Positions 8,324 to 16,804 of a DNA stretch of 20,000 bases are shown one piece after another. Origin of the DNA: an uncultured virus (IMG/VR IMGVR_UViG_3300028590_000012) (taxonomy: Duplodnaviria; Heunggongvirae; Uroviricota; Caudoviricetes); IMG/VR virus record IMGVR_UViG_3300028590_000012. One strand, written 5' to 3'. A program made the translations under genes and the position numbers. The notes below the pieces were generated by a model. That model saw nothing but the letters and a program-made list of their open reading frames with translations. It made no database searches and was not told where the DNA came from. The stretch's first letter is position 1; each line of letters begins with the position of its first letter.

Positions 8324-10123
8324 ATGGCAGCAACACAGGCACCCCTTGCTCGTCCCTTTCGTGGACCAGAAACCAAGGGGTACTTCTACAAGTATGGATG
8401 GAACTGGGATAAGCGCTATGCACAGCCAGCCAACGCACTTTACCTAGAACTCCTCGCCTTCCGTATCCTCCCAGGAATAGAGCGTGTAGAACCCTTTAAG
8501 AACGTCTGTAGGATGCTTTGGCCCAACACGGCAGATTCCCCGAAGAAGTTCTATTTCAATGAGTGGAACGAGAAGATGCTTCGGGAAGCCTGTAAGTGGA
8601 ATTACTTGAGCGTGATTGGGTCGGGCTCCTCGGGAAAGTCAGCTTTCTTCGCGGTATGGGCCATCGTGAATTACCTGTGCGCGCCTGAATTAACGAAGGT
8701 ACTATTGACCTCAACAACCCTTAACGATGCTCGCGGACGCATCTGGGGCGATGTTGTGGGATACTGGCTTGCTCGCCCAGGACTTCCGGGGAAACTTCTC
8801 AACTCACAAGGGACCATCCGTTTCCAAAACGGGGACAAGTTCTCGGACAAGAGCGGCATCACGCTGATTGCCGGGGCTCCTACCAAAGCGCAGGAATCCG
8901 TGGCGAAGATGATCGGTTTCAAGAATCAGCGGTTGATCTTGATCGCAGACGAGCTTCCCGAGCTTTCCGAGGCGATTGTAGAGGCCGCTCTTACCAACCT
9001 CACCCTGAACCCGTACTTCCAGCTTGTTGGCATTGGCAACCCAAAGAATCGCTTTGATCCGATGTCCCGAATGACCATCCCAAAAAACGGGAACTGGGAT
9101 TCGGTGAACGTGGATACCGGGGAATGGGAGACAAAGCTGGGCTACTGCCTGCATTTCGATGGCCTCAAATCCCCGAATGTTATCGCTGGACGAAACCTTT
9201 ACCCAGGCATCATCACCCTCGACAAGGTCCAGGAGGCTATTGACCGGGTAGGCCCTAATTCCTCAGGCTTTTGGCGAATGGTGCGCGGGTTCTACTGCCC
9301 AATCGGTGAGGACAATACCATCTATTCCGACATCGAATTGGAGCAATGCGGGGCCATGCAGACGCTCGGCGAAGGGTTCGCGTGGCTGGACAATGACCTT
9401 ACGCCTGTCGCGGCCCTGGACCCGTCCTACACCAATGGCGGTGACCGGACGATGATGATTTGGGGCGTGGTTGGGAAAAACCTGGAAGGAAAGAAAACAC
9501 TCCTCATTACCGAATATTCCCCGCTGTTCGAAGATGTTGAGAACAAGGAACTCAATCGGACCCAGCAGATCATCTCCCAGTTCAAAGACCGTTGCCACAA
9601 GCTAGGCGTACAGCCCAAGCATATGGCCTTTGATGCGACCGGGGCAGGTAAGCCTTTCGGAGATGTTGTGGACCTGATGATTTCCAAGGAAGTCCTGAAG
9701 GTAGATTTTGGAGGACGCCCCAGCGATAAAGCTGTTTCAGCCTACGACCCTACCCCGGCAAGTGAACGATATGTTAACCGGGTTTCGGAGTTGTGGTATT
9801 CGGGCTGCGAGTATTTCCGAACAGGCCAGATCAAAGGGCTGACTCGGGAAATTGCCAACGAGATGTGCCAGCGCAGGAAGTCAGAGGAAAAGGGGACTGG
9901 GCTCATCTTAAAGATCCGCGTGGAATCCAAGCGCGAGATGAAGGCCAGAAGCATCCCATCACCCGATTTGTCCGATGCGCTATTCATCCTTTTGGAGGTC
10001 TGCCGGGAACGCCTAGGGTTTGACTCCGGTTCCGTACAGAGAGAAAAGAATCCTCAAAACAACTCCAAAGGAGGGTTCAAAAAGTTGTTCAAGAAATACG
10101 CAGACGTTTACAAAGCCGCATGA
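8324..10123 (+). CDS. terL: Terminase large subunit
   Basis: Walker A GSGSSGKS, Walker B LILIADE, coupling motif GIGNP, RNase H-like nuclease residues ALDPS, AFDATG, SPDLSDA. Confidence 0.93.
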   Translation: MAATQAPLARPFRGPETKGYFYKYGWNWDKRYAQPANALYLELLAFRILPGIERVEPFKNVCRMLWPNTADSPKKFYFNEWNEKMLREACKWNYLSVIGSGSSGKSAFFAVWAIVNYLCAPELTKVLLTSTTLNDARGRIWGDVVGYWLARPGLPGKLLNSQGTIRFQNGDKFSDKSGITLIAGAPTKAQESVAKMIGFKNQRLILIADELPELSEAIVEAALTNLTLNPYFQLVGIGNPKNRFDPMSRMTIPKNGNWDSVNVDTGEWETKLGYCLHFDGLKSPNVIAGRNLYPGIITLDKVQEAIDRVGPNSSGFWRMVRGFYCPIGEDNTIYSDIELEQCGAMQTLGEGFAWLDNDLTPVAALDPSYTNGGDRTMMIWGVVGKNLEGKKTLLITEYSPLFEDVENKELNRTQQIISQFKDRCHKLGVQPKHMAFDATGAGKPFGDVVDLMISKEVLKVDFGGRPSDKAVSAYDPTPASERYVNRVSELWYSGCEYFRTGQIKGLTREIANEMCQRRKSEEKGTGLILKIRVESKREMKARSIPSPDLSDALFILLEVCRERLGFDSGSVQREKNPQNNSKGGFKKLFKKYADVYKAA

Positions 10124-11118
10124 AAACATTCCTTCACTCAGGGGATAGGGGGGATCTCATTTACTCCCTCCCTATCATCCGAGACAACCCTGGCATCCTC
10201 TACGTGGCAGACAAGCCATGGACCCGTCCCATTACTCCATGGATTGAGCAGGCGCGGAAGTTGATCGAAGCGCAGGGGTACGTAAAATCTCTTGAGGTAC
10301 ATGCTGGGCAGAAGATCAATCATGACTTCTCCACCTTCCGAAAGATTGGGCACCACATGGGACGAACAATCTGCGAACTGCAATACACTTGGACAAAAGT
10401 GCGATGCGACCAGAACAAGCCTTGGCTGGAGGTAATCCCAAGCAAAAATACCGCTGGGCGGATCGTGGTAAACCGCACGCCCCGCTACAACAATTCCTTC
10501 TTCCCTTGGAAAGAACTCGTAGAGACGTTTGCCAAGGACATACTCTTCATCGGATTGCCAGAGGAACGTGCCGCGTTTTGCTCCAGTTACGGAGATGTGG
10601 CGTATTTGCCCACAAATGACATGTACGAGGCCGCAGCCGCTATTGCAGGGTCGGAACTCTATATCGCCAACCAAAGCTCCTGCTATGCCCTTTGTGAGGG
10701 CCTAAAGCACCGTTCCATACAAGAGACTCATCTACAGTGGGCTGACTGCATATATGCGCGAGAGAACGCCACGTATTGCTTTGACGGAAGCTTGTCTTTT
10801 GATGCCTGCGGGAAACACTTCGAATCGTCCTCTCGCGAGGTTGCTCCAAAGATCAGCACAAGCGAAACCCCTCCTGGAGGATGGACGCTGGACTACCCAG
10901 GCATCAAGCCTCAGAAGTCCTACGCCTTTGACTCTCTTTTAATCATGGCTCGGCAGAAATTGAAAGACGCAGGTCTTCCTGTACCGGAAGACCTGAAGGA
11001 TATTATTGTCGAACAAGCCAGAGGAAAGTTCCCTGACAAGGGACACGCTGGGTTTCGCAGGTTGAGAGAGTTGGTGCGGGAGAAGTATCAGAAAGTTGGG
11101 CTGTCGAGTCCTTGTTGA
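10120..11118 (+). CDS. GT9-like (heptosyltransferase-fold, GT-B) glycosyltransferase with C-terminal ETPPGGW domain
   Basis: HSGDRGDLIYSLP and AAAIAGSELYIANQSSCYALCEGL resemble the GT9 motifs xGD and LFIGNDSG. ATGA-coupled to terL. Confidence 0.7.
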   Translation: MKTFLHSGDRGDLIYSLPIIRDNPGILYVADKPWTRPITPWIEQARKLIEAQGYVKSLEVHAGQKINHDFSTFRKIGHHMGRTICELQYTWTKVRCDQNKPWLEVIPSKNTAGRIVVNRTPRYNNSFFPWKELVETFAKDILFIGLPEERAAFCSSYGDVAYLPTNDMYEAAAAIAGSELYIANQSSCYALCEGLKHRSIQETHLQWADCIYARENATYCFDGSLSFDACGKHFESSSREVAPKISTSETPPGGWTLDYPGIKPQKSYAFDSLLIMARQKLKDAGLPVPEDLKDIIVEQARGKFPDKGHAGFRRLRELVREKYQKVGLSSPC

Positions 11119-11120
11119 CA

Positions 11121-11145
11121 CGCAGTAGTTGACCGATGTACTGCG
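11121..11145 (+). promoter_or_regulatory. Hairpin between the GT9-like and HNH genes
   Basis: CGCAGTA-N11-TACTGCG, preceded by TTGACA at 11115-11120. Confidence 0.35.
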
Positions 11146-11154
11146 GTCTGTTAC

Positions 11155-11868
11155 TTGCATTGTGTGCCAAAGAAAAAAGCTCACATACTTGATCCTAACC
11201 CCGCACGAAAACCCTCAACCGATCTGACCGGAACAACTATCAATCAGTGGACCGTCATCGGTTATGCTGGTCGGGAAGGATGGGTTCCTTTTTGGAACTG
11301 CCGCTGTGCCTGCGGAACTGAAACCATTGTGTCAGGCAGCAATCTAAGCACTGGAAAAACCATTTCCTGCGGATGCCATCGGAATGCCATTGCAAGAAAT
11401 CGAATCACCCATGGACTCAGCCGTAGAAACGCCACAATTCCTGAGTATGGTCTATGGGCAAATATCATTCAGCGAACAACAAATCCAAACAACCCGAAAT
11501 GGATGGACTATGGGGGTCGAGGAATTGGTGTCTCTGATGCTTGGAGAGACTTCGCTACTTTTTACTCTGATATGGGTCCGCGCCCATCAAAGCATCATTC
11601 TGTTGGTCGAATCGACAACAACAGCGGATACCGAAAAGACAACTGTCGTTGGGAGGTATCAGAGCAACAGGTTAGAAATAAACGGAACAATGTCCTTGTA
11701 ACATACAAGGGCGAAACTCTGTGCCGTCATGAAATGGCCGCCAAATACGGAATCAAGTACTTCACATTGAGAAGCCGACTATTGGCTGGAATGACCCCGG
11801 AAGAGGCCATTGAAACGCCAATCTTCCACGGGAAACGCTTAATGAAGCGCAAGCGAACTCAGATGTAG
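11155..11868 (+). CDS. HNH-family homing endonuclease (CxCxCG / SCGC / YGGRGI type), possibly degenerate
   Basis: WNCRCACG, ISCGC, DYGGRGIGV, DMGPRP, RIDNNSGYRKDNCRW, C-terminal HTH-like region. GTG at 11164 may be the real start. Confidence 0.85.
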   Translation: MHCVPKKKAHILDPNPARKPSTDLTGTTINQWTVIGYAGREGWVPFWNCRCACGTETIVSGSNLSTGKTISCGCHRNAIARNRITHGLSRRNATIPEYGLWANIIQRTTNPNNPKWMDYGGRGIGVSDAWRDFATFYSDMGPRPSKHHSVGRIDNNSGYRKDNCRWEVSEQQVRNKRNNVLVTYKGETLCRHEMAAKYGIKYFTLRSRLLAGMTPEEAIETPIFHGKRLMKRKRTQM

Positions 11869-13034
11869 TTCACATGCTGGATCGGGGGGCCTGTAGGCGC
11901 TGGCGTCTCTCGTCCCTCGATAATCTCACCAATAAGGTCCACTGCGTCGGCAAAAACGCAACCTGGACATGCGTCATTCGGAATTACCTGACGGATTGGC
12001 TTAGAGAACAATTCCCCAACCTCATCCCATCGGCATACTCTCCACACACTTCCAAATTGATGATTTGCACTCTTGTTCAGAACAACAGAATCACACGGAT
12101 ATACCCATCCATCTGCATTTAAGCATGGTCGGGTATAGACCTTTGCGCAGGGATGATCTGGTTGCCGAGGGGGCTTGGATTGAGAAAACACCACATCCGG
12201 GTTAATTCTGGATGCCATGTCGGATAGGATCTTGTGACGCTCAGGAATAAGGTCTGGCCTCAAGCAGTCGCAAAGGAGTCGTACATAGGCTGGCTTGTGC
12301 CGCTCTACATATCCACGAATTTGCTCCTCTATCCACGGAAGCCGCTCCGTTGCCAAAATCACCTTCCTAGATCCCATTGGAGTCCTTACATCTTGGGGAG
12401 TTGAAACCCATCCGTGCTTATGACTCGGTTCTTCAAAGCTATCTGCCATGATCCATGAGAACCCCAGGCTTGTGATTTCGGGGTTGAAATCTGGTACGTA
12501 AACTTGCTGCTCCTTATGATTGTGGTCTAAGCCCGCCATGCTGATCCTGCACCATGTGAGCATGTCCAAGACATCTGGAGGCATGTTTTTCCAAGAGGTT
12601 CTTCCGCACGGATATTCAACCATAGGCATCCCATTGGTAATGAGCGCACATTCAACCCCAAGACCTTTTACGTATCGAATAACGTCCGAGCAGGTTGTGC
12701 CTGTTTCCTTGCATCGGTACATCAAAAAATTTCCACCGCCACTGAACGTGATACTTTTCAATCCAAGGGCAACTAATTGGTCAACAAATCCCTTTACAGC
12801 AGCCCAAGGGAGTACGTCTCCAGGTCGTTCCCCGACCGAGCAAAAGGAACATCGCGCGTTGCAAACGTCAGTCGGCGCGCACCATGCCGAAATAGGAGTT
12901 CCTTGTTTGTTTCGGAGTCTGCTCATTGCCTCCTGATGGGCAAAAAGTTTTACCCCTGTCGATGTGTAGGAATCCTTTAATTCTCCCACGCTCTCATAGC
13001 TCTTGTGGGTTTGTTCTGTAGAAAGCATCTCCAT
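11859..13034 (-). CDS. Radical SAM enzyme with C-terminal SPASM/twitch-like auxiliary Fe-S domain
   Basis: CNARCSFC (CxxxCxxC), ITFSGGG, LITNG, C-terminal CAK...NADGWVYPCD...CPGC. Confidence 0.9.
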   Translation of the reverse strand: MEMLSTEQTHKSYESVGELKDSYTSTGVKLFAHQEAMSRLRNKQGTPISAWCAPTDVCNARCSFCSVGERPGDVLPWAAVKGFVDQLVALGLKSITFSGGGNFLMYRCKETGTTCSDVIRYVKGLGVECALITNGMPMVEYPCGRTSWKNMPPDVLDMLTWCRISMAGLDHNHKEQQVYVPDFNPEITSLGFSWIMADSFEEPSHKHGWVSTPQDVRTPMGSRKVILATERLPWIEEQIRGYVERHKPAYVRLLCDCLRPDLIPERHKILSDMASRINPDVVFSQSKPPRQPDHPCAKVYTRPCLNADGWVYPCDSVVLNKSANHQFGSVWRVCRWDEVGELFSKPIRQVIPNDACPGCVFADAVDLIGEIIEGRETPAPTGPPIQHVNYI

Positions 13035-13037
13035 AGC

Positions 13038-13637
13038 CTACCCCTTCCTCCCGCTCATCACAAGGCTGAAAGGAATCCTGTTGAGCGTTCCTCCCAGTGC
13101 GTCCAGTACTTCATTTCCTCCCACATCGCAGCCGAACCAGCGCACAATTTGCTGAAATCCGGCCATTTGTAGGTAGCTCCATACCGCGTCATCGGTCAGG
13201 ATAGCCTTGTGCTGGTCGAACCACAGTGCAGCTTCGTGGAAGGTGGGAATGGGGTTCTTGGGGTCGGATACCTCGTACAGCATGGGCCATGTGCTGTTCT
13301 TGTCCATCGGGTAAACGGTTCGGAAGTAGGTTGCATTTGGGACGGAAATCAGGATATGCCCTCCCGGTTTGAGCACCCGGAAACAGTCCTTTAAGAGTTT
13401 CAGACCATCCTGCGCGTCGAAGTGCTCCAATACGTGGGACAGGTTTACTCCATCAAAAGCTCCTTCCTCAAAAGGCATTGGGTCGGATAGGAGCACAAAA
13501 TTGACGTAGTTAATCTCTTGGTCCAGCGCAATCCTGGCTCCAGTTCCCTCTGGCAATTGGCTGTGGAGATCATCGAGATTGGTCCATACCTCGTCAACCA
13601 TCCTCTGTCCTCCGCATCCGACATTCAGTAGTTTCAT
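13038..13637 (-). CDS. Class I SAM-dependent methyltransferase (Methyltransf_11-like)
   Basis: LLNVGCG, FDGVNLSHVLEH, RVLKPGG, ISVPN. Confidence 0.9.
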   Translation of the reverse strand: MKLLNVGCGGQRMVDEVWTNLDDLHSQLPEGTGARIALDQEINYVNFVLLSDPMPFEEGAFDGVNLSHVLEHFDAQDGLKLLKDCFRVLKPGGHILISVPNATYFRTVYPMDKNSTWPMLYEVSDPKNPIPTFHEAALWFDQHKAILTDDAVWSYLQMAGFQQIVRWFGCDVGGNEVLDALGGTLNRIPFSLVMSGRKG

Positions 13638-14245
13638 GGCTTTATTTTCTCGAAAAGGTCCAAGCGTTCTTCATTTGAAATTCCTGTCAGGTGACACAGC
13701 CAGTCTCCTTCTTTCCATGGCTCCTGGGCGGTCAGTTGGGCCATGATGGGAACCGGGTTGAAAACTCGTCTGGGATGCACACGGATGGCGGATCTGGCGT
13801 CATCAAGGGTCTGGTGCATTTCCTGTAGGCAGGATTGTTCCCATAGGGGATTGTTTCCCCACTTTGAAGCACGACTTTCGGCTGCCCGGAATAGCATGAT
13901 GGTGTCCCGGCAGGCGTAGAAGTTCCCCATACTGAAGTGATGGGGTTCGGTTACATCACATCCCCAGTCCTGCGAGACATTGAGCTTATTTCCGAACTCC
14001 TTCCAAGGGACTTCCGCTGGGTTAGTGATGACTGTATCCGCATCCAACCAAAGCACATTATTGCCCTCTTGGATTGCCTGGACAATAAGTCGAACCTTTT
14101 GCCAGCTTGGGTGGTATTTGTCGGAGTACTTACTGTGGCAGTAGAATTTCATCCCATGCTTCTTGGCGTAGGATTCCATTAAAGGGGCGGTCTTTTGCCC
14201 TATCCCGGACATGCCGTGGTCGTATCCCGTGATGAGGATTGCCAC
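13634..14245 (-). CDS. GT34-like glycosyltransferase (GMA12/MNN10 family)
   Basis: YAKKHG, PSWQKV, VLWLDADT, WEQ, GDWLCHLTG. GTG start overlaps the upstream TAG. Confidence 0.82.
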   Translation of the reverse strand: MAILITGYDHGMSGIGQKTAPLMESYAKKHGMKFYCHSKYSDKYHPSWQKVRLIVQAIQEGNNVLWLDADTVITNPAEVPWKEFGNKLNVSQDWGCDVTEPHHFSMGNFYACRDTIMLFRAAESRASKWGNNPLWEQSCLQEMHQTLDDARSAIRVHPRRVFNPVPIMAQLTAQEPWKEGDWLCHLTGISNEERLDLFEKIKP

Positions 14246-14991
14246 TACGTTTTCCCCCTAGCCGAACTTCCTGACTGGAGGGATTCGTATATCCGGCGAT
14301 CTTCCTCCAGTTGCTCCTGCTCCATTCCTTTGTAGGTGATCTGGAAATGGTCGTGGTAAAGGCTCTTTTCCACAGATGCAGTAACATGCTTGGGGGTTTT
14401 CCCTGTCCTGAAATCCAAAAGCTGTTCGTGCATTCTGATCTTTGGGTCGTACCCTACGTTCTTATCGTTCTTGATTATGCGAAGCTGCCAGTCTGGACGG
14501 ATCAACCAGTTCTGGCATGGATGGCGCATGGTGGTGTCCATCCAGTGGCGGCGGCATGTGCGGATTGCCAACCCTCCATCAGCGTACTGCATCATGCTTT
14601 TAAGAAGTTCTGCCTGACTATAGCAGGCTGCTACCACCGACACAGATAGGTTGGGGTAAGGGTGCTCGGGGTATGCTTCTTCTCCCTGGCAGGATAACAA
14701 TGGCAACTCCGGGTAAAAGCGTTCGTCCGCGTCCATGATCATCACCCATTCTGTGGTGGACTCGTGGATGAGGTCTGTTCGGATCTTCCCGTAGCCCTTC
14801 TCAATATTGTCGAACAATAATTTTACTCCCCACTTCTTCGCAATATCCACGGACTCATCATCCACCTTTCCCTCTGGAGGGGTATGGATGAGCAATACGT
14901 CATCAAAGAACCTGGTGACGTTTTCCAGGAAGGGATGGAGCGCGTTCCCCTCGTTGTAGAAATTACAGGCGCAGCCGATGGATGGAGTCAT
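14245..14991 (-). CDS. GT2 family glycosyltransferase (WaaE/KdtX-like)
   Basis: YNE, DDESVDIAKKWG, EWVMIMDADE, PDWQLRI, MHEQ. Confidence 0.85.
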   Translation of the reverse strand: MTPSIGCACNFYNEGNALHPFLENVTRFFDDVLLIHTPPEGKVDDESVDIAKKWGVKLLFDNIEKGYGKIRTDLIHESTTEWVMIMDADERFYPELPLLSCQGEEAYPEHPYPNLSVSVVAACYSQAELLKSMMQYADGGLAIRTCRRHWMDTTMRHPCQNWLIRPDWQLRIIKNDKNVGYDPKIRMHEQLLDFRTGKTPKHVTASVEKSLYHDHFQITYKGMEQEQLEEDRRIYESLQSGSSARGKT

Positions 14992-15006
14992 TGGAGAACT
15001 TTCGCG

Positions 15007-15360
15007 TCAGCCGACCTTCGGCGTCTGCGCTTCTGTGTTCTGCGAAAGGAATCGGCGCGCCATGTCCCGCAGGCGGTGCGCGTCGTCCTGATCGTATTCG
15101 GGCATCGCGGCGATGGCTTGGAGTCTCGCGATGAGCGGCCCGACAACTTGCAGGCAGACAGCTTGCATCAGTTGACCATTGGGGGACTCGGGATCGAAGT
15201 CTTTCGTGTCCTCGCGGGTTTTGTAGCCGTAGAGAGGGGCAGTTTCATCGTAGCGGTCATGGAGCTGGCGGGCCAACGCAGAACAAAACGCTGCCCGCGA
15301 ACGAGCCTCAGCTTCCTGCTCCGGCGTAGGTTCATTGGGTTCTTGGTAGTCGTCTGGCAT
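15007..15360 (-). CDS. Hypothetical phage protein (117 aa)
   Basis: Fills the gap in the operon on the same strand, with good codon bias. Confidence 0.7.
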   Translation of the reverse strand: MPDDYQEPNEPTPEQEAEARSRAAFCSALARQLHDRYDETAPLYGYKTREDTKDFDPESPNGQLMQAVCLQVVGPLIARLQAIAAMPEYDQDDAHRLRDMARRFLSQNTEAQTPKVG

Positions 15361-15368
15361 AGTGGTGT

Positions 15369-16040
15369 TTATTGGTTGTTTGTCGGCTCATCGGAGAGCT
15401 TGGTGTTCCTCCGCAGCGCCGTAATAAACCCACACGATCCCAGCCACGCATCGCTGGCCTGCTTGATTCCTGAAACATGGTAGCCTCCCCAAGCGAGGAA
15501 ATCCGGGCTACATGACTGAAGGAATTTCACCCAAGTGTCCAAGGTCCATCGAACAACATGCGTGGCATCTTGGTTATCCCTCGGGCATACGTACTGTCCC
15601 CCATCCACCTTGGAAAGCGGCACGATCAAAAGAACTCCTTTTTGGGTATTCGTGAGTAACTTGTTCAGGATCAGCCAAAGGTCATCCTCGGGAATGTGTT
15701 CGCAGCAATCTTTTGCCAAAAGCCAGTCCCGTTGAGGAGGTAGAAGGTCAAGGGTGGTGCTGATGCGGTTCTGGACATCGGGATGGCAGTTGGATACCGC
15801 CCACTCAGAAATGTCGAATCCATGCGCTTCTACTCCAAGGTCTAGGAAGCATTTCACCAGATATCCTCGCGCTGCTCCGTAATCGAGCAAGGAGTCCCCT
15901 TTCTTGATTCCAAGGTAGCTAGATATGCTTACGGCCATTGCCCCGGTAAGTTCCGGCAGGAAGCGGTAGTCTTGGTAGTTTGACAGACCAGACTCCACTC
16001 CTCGGAGGTAATAGTCAGCCGTGTACTTTTCGGAGGTCAT
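15369..16040 (-). CDS. Class I SAM-dependent methyltransferase
   Basis: YTADYY, LLDYGAARG, GFDISEWA, DCCEHI. Start reassigned to ATG 16040 (MTSEKY). Confidence 0.85.
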   Translation of the reverse strand: MTSEKYTADYYLRGVESGLSNYQDYRFLPELTGAMAVSISSYLGIKKGDSLLDYGAARGYLVKCFLDLGVEAHGFDISEWAVSNCHPDVQNRISTTLDLLPPQRDWLLAKDCCEHIPEDDLWLILNKLLTNTQKGVLLIVPLSKVDGGQYVCPRDNQDATHVVRWTLDTWVKFLQSCSPDFLAWGGYHVSGIKQASDAWLGSCGFITALRRNTKLSDEPTNNQ

Positions 16041-16046
16041 CGCGGA

Positions 16047-16079
16047 ACAGTATGCACAAGTGCCACTAATGACAATCCC
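16047..16079 (-). promoter_or_regulatory. Internal promoter/operator for the methyltransferase (leaderless)
   Basis: TTGTCA(16075-16070)-N17-TACTGT(16052-16047)-N6-ATG. The spacer contains the palindrome GCAC-TT-GTGC. Confidence 0.6.
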
Positions 16080-16717
16080 TAAAGGCCCTTCGATTTCCAG
16101 CAAAACTTGCTCACACCTGGATCTCGAAACTGTTCCTTTACGGGCTCATCCAAGGCTTCTTGCTGGGGCGTTAAGGGCATCCACACGGCAACCTTCAAGG
16201 TGCAGCTACAAATTCTGCAACTGCCAAGCTTCCATCCGCCTTCCAGTTCCATGTTCTTTCCAAGAACAAGTGCCAATAGCTTTCCAAAGGCAGCCGCACA
16301 ACCGCCACATCCGAAGGTAATGGTCTTGGTGTTGTACGGACAAGTCTTGCAGATGTTTGCTCTTTCTTGCGCGACTTCCCGATCCTCCCATCCAACCTTT
16401 CCTTCCTTGATGGATTCCTTCGTCCAGTTCAGTACAAATTTCAAGAAGGACATAATTGGGCCAAACTGGCTGCCAGTTCCCTTCGCTTTAAACTTCCCAG
16501 CCTGCTTGCACTCCCACAATGGGTTCTCCCGGCACATGCGATCCAGAAGTTGATCCTGATAGCTTGGCGTGAGTGGGATATTGTTGGCCAGACAATGCCC
16601 CTCGAAGGCTGCTATGAAGGCGTTCCAGTCATAATGGGAAACCGTGTGCCCGGTCTTCTCTACGATGATCTTCCAGCCTCCTGGAGGAGTTTCCTTGGTG
16701 GTTGCTACTGTCAACAT
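16079..16717 (-). CDS. Cys-rich putative metal-binding protein with N-terminal ETPPGGW domain
   Basis: RANICKTCP, CGGC, CRICSC, C-terminal CW. Confidence 0.7.
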   Translation of the reverse strand: MLTVATTKETPPGGWKIIVEKTGHTVSHYDWNAFIAAFEGHCLANNIPLTPSYQDQLLDRMCRENPLWECKQAGKFKAKGTGSQFGPIMSFLKFVLNWTKESIKEGKVGWEDREVAQERANICKTCPYNTKTITFGCGGCAAAFGKLLALVLGKNMELEGGWKLGSCRICSCTLKVAVWMPLTPQQEALDEPVKEQFRDPGVSKFCWKSKGL

Positions 16718-16760
16718 TCGTACTTCATCCTCTCAAACAACCTTCCAGTTTACAAGCAAT

Positions 16761-16793
16761 GACGGCCACAACTCCGCAGAGTCGTGGCCGCTC
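16761..16793 (-). terminator. Strong hairpin (attenuator/terminator-like, poor U tract)
   Basis: GCGGCCACGACTC-TGCG-GAGTTGTGGCCGT. The non-Watson-Crick positions are G.U pairs only on the minus strand. Confidence 0.55.
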
Positions 16794-16804
16794 AGAAAGT
16801 TCAA

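Noticed and set aside
8235..8438. N-terminal extension of ORF 8019..8438
   Set aside because: Overlaps terL on the opposite strand and both promoters; ATG 8234 is more plausible.
8324..10123. Intron or intein in the terminase
   Set aside because: The ORF is continuous and of normal length, with no intein splice motifs.
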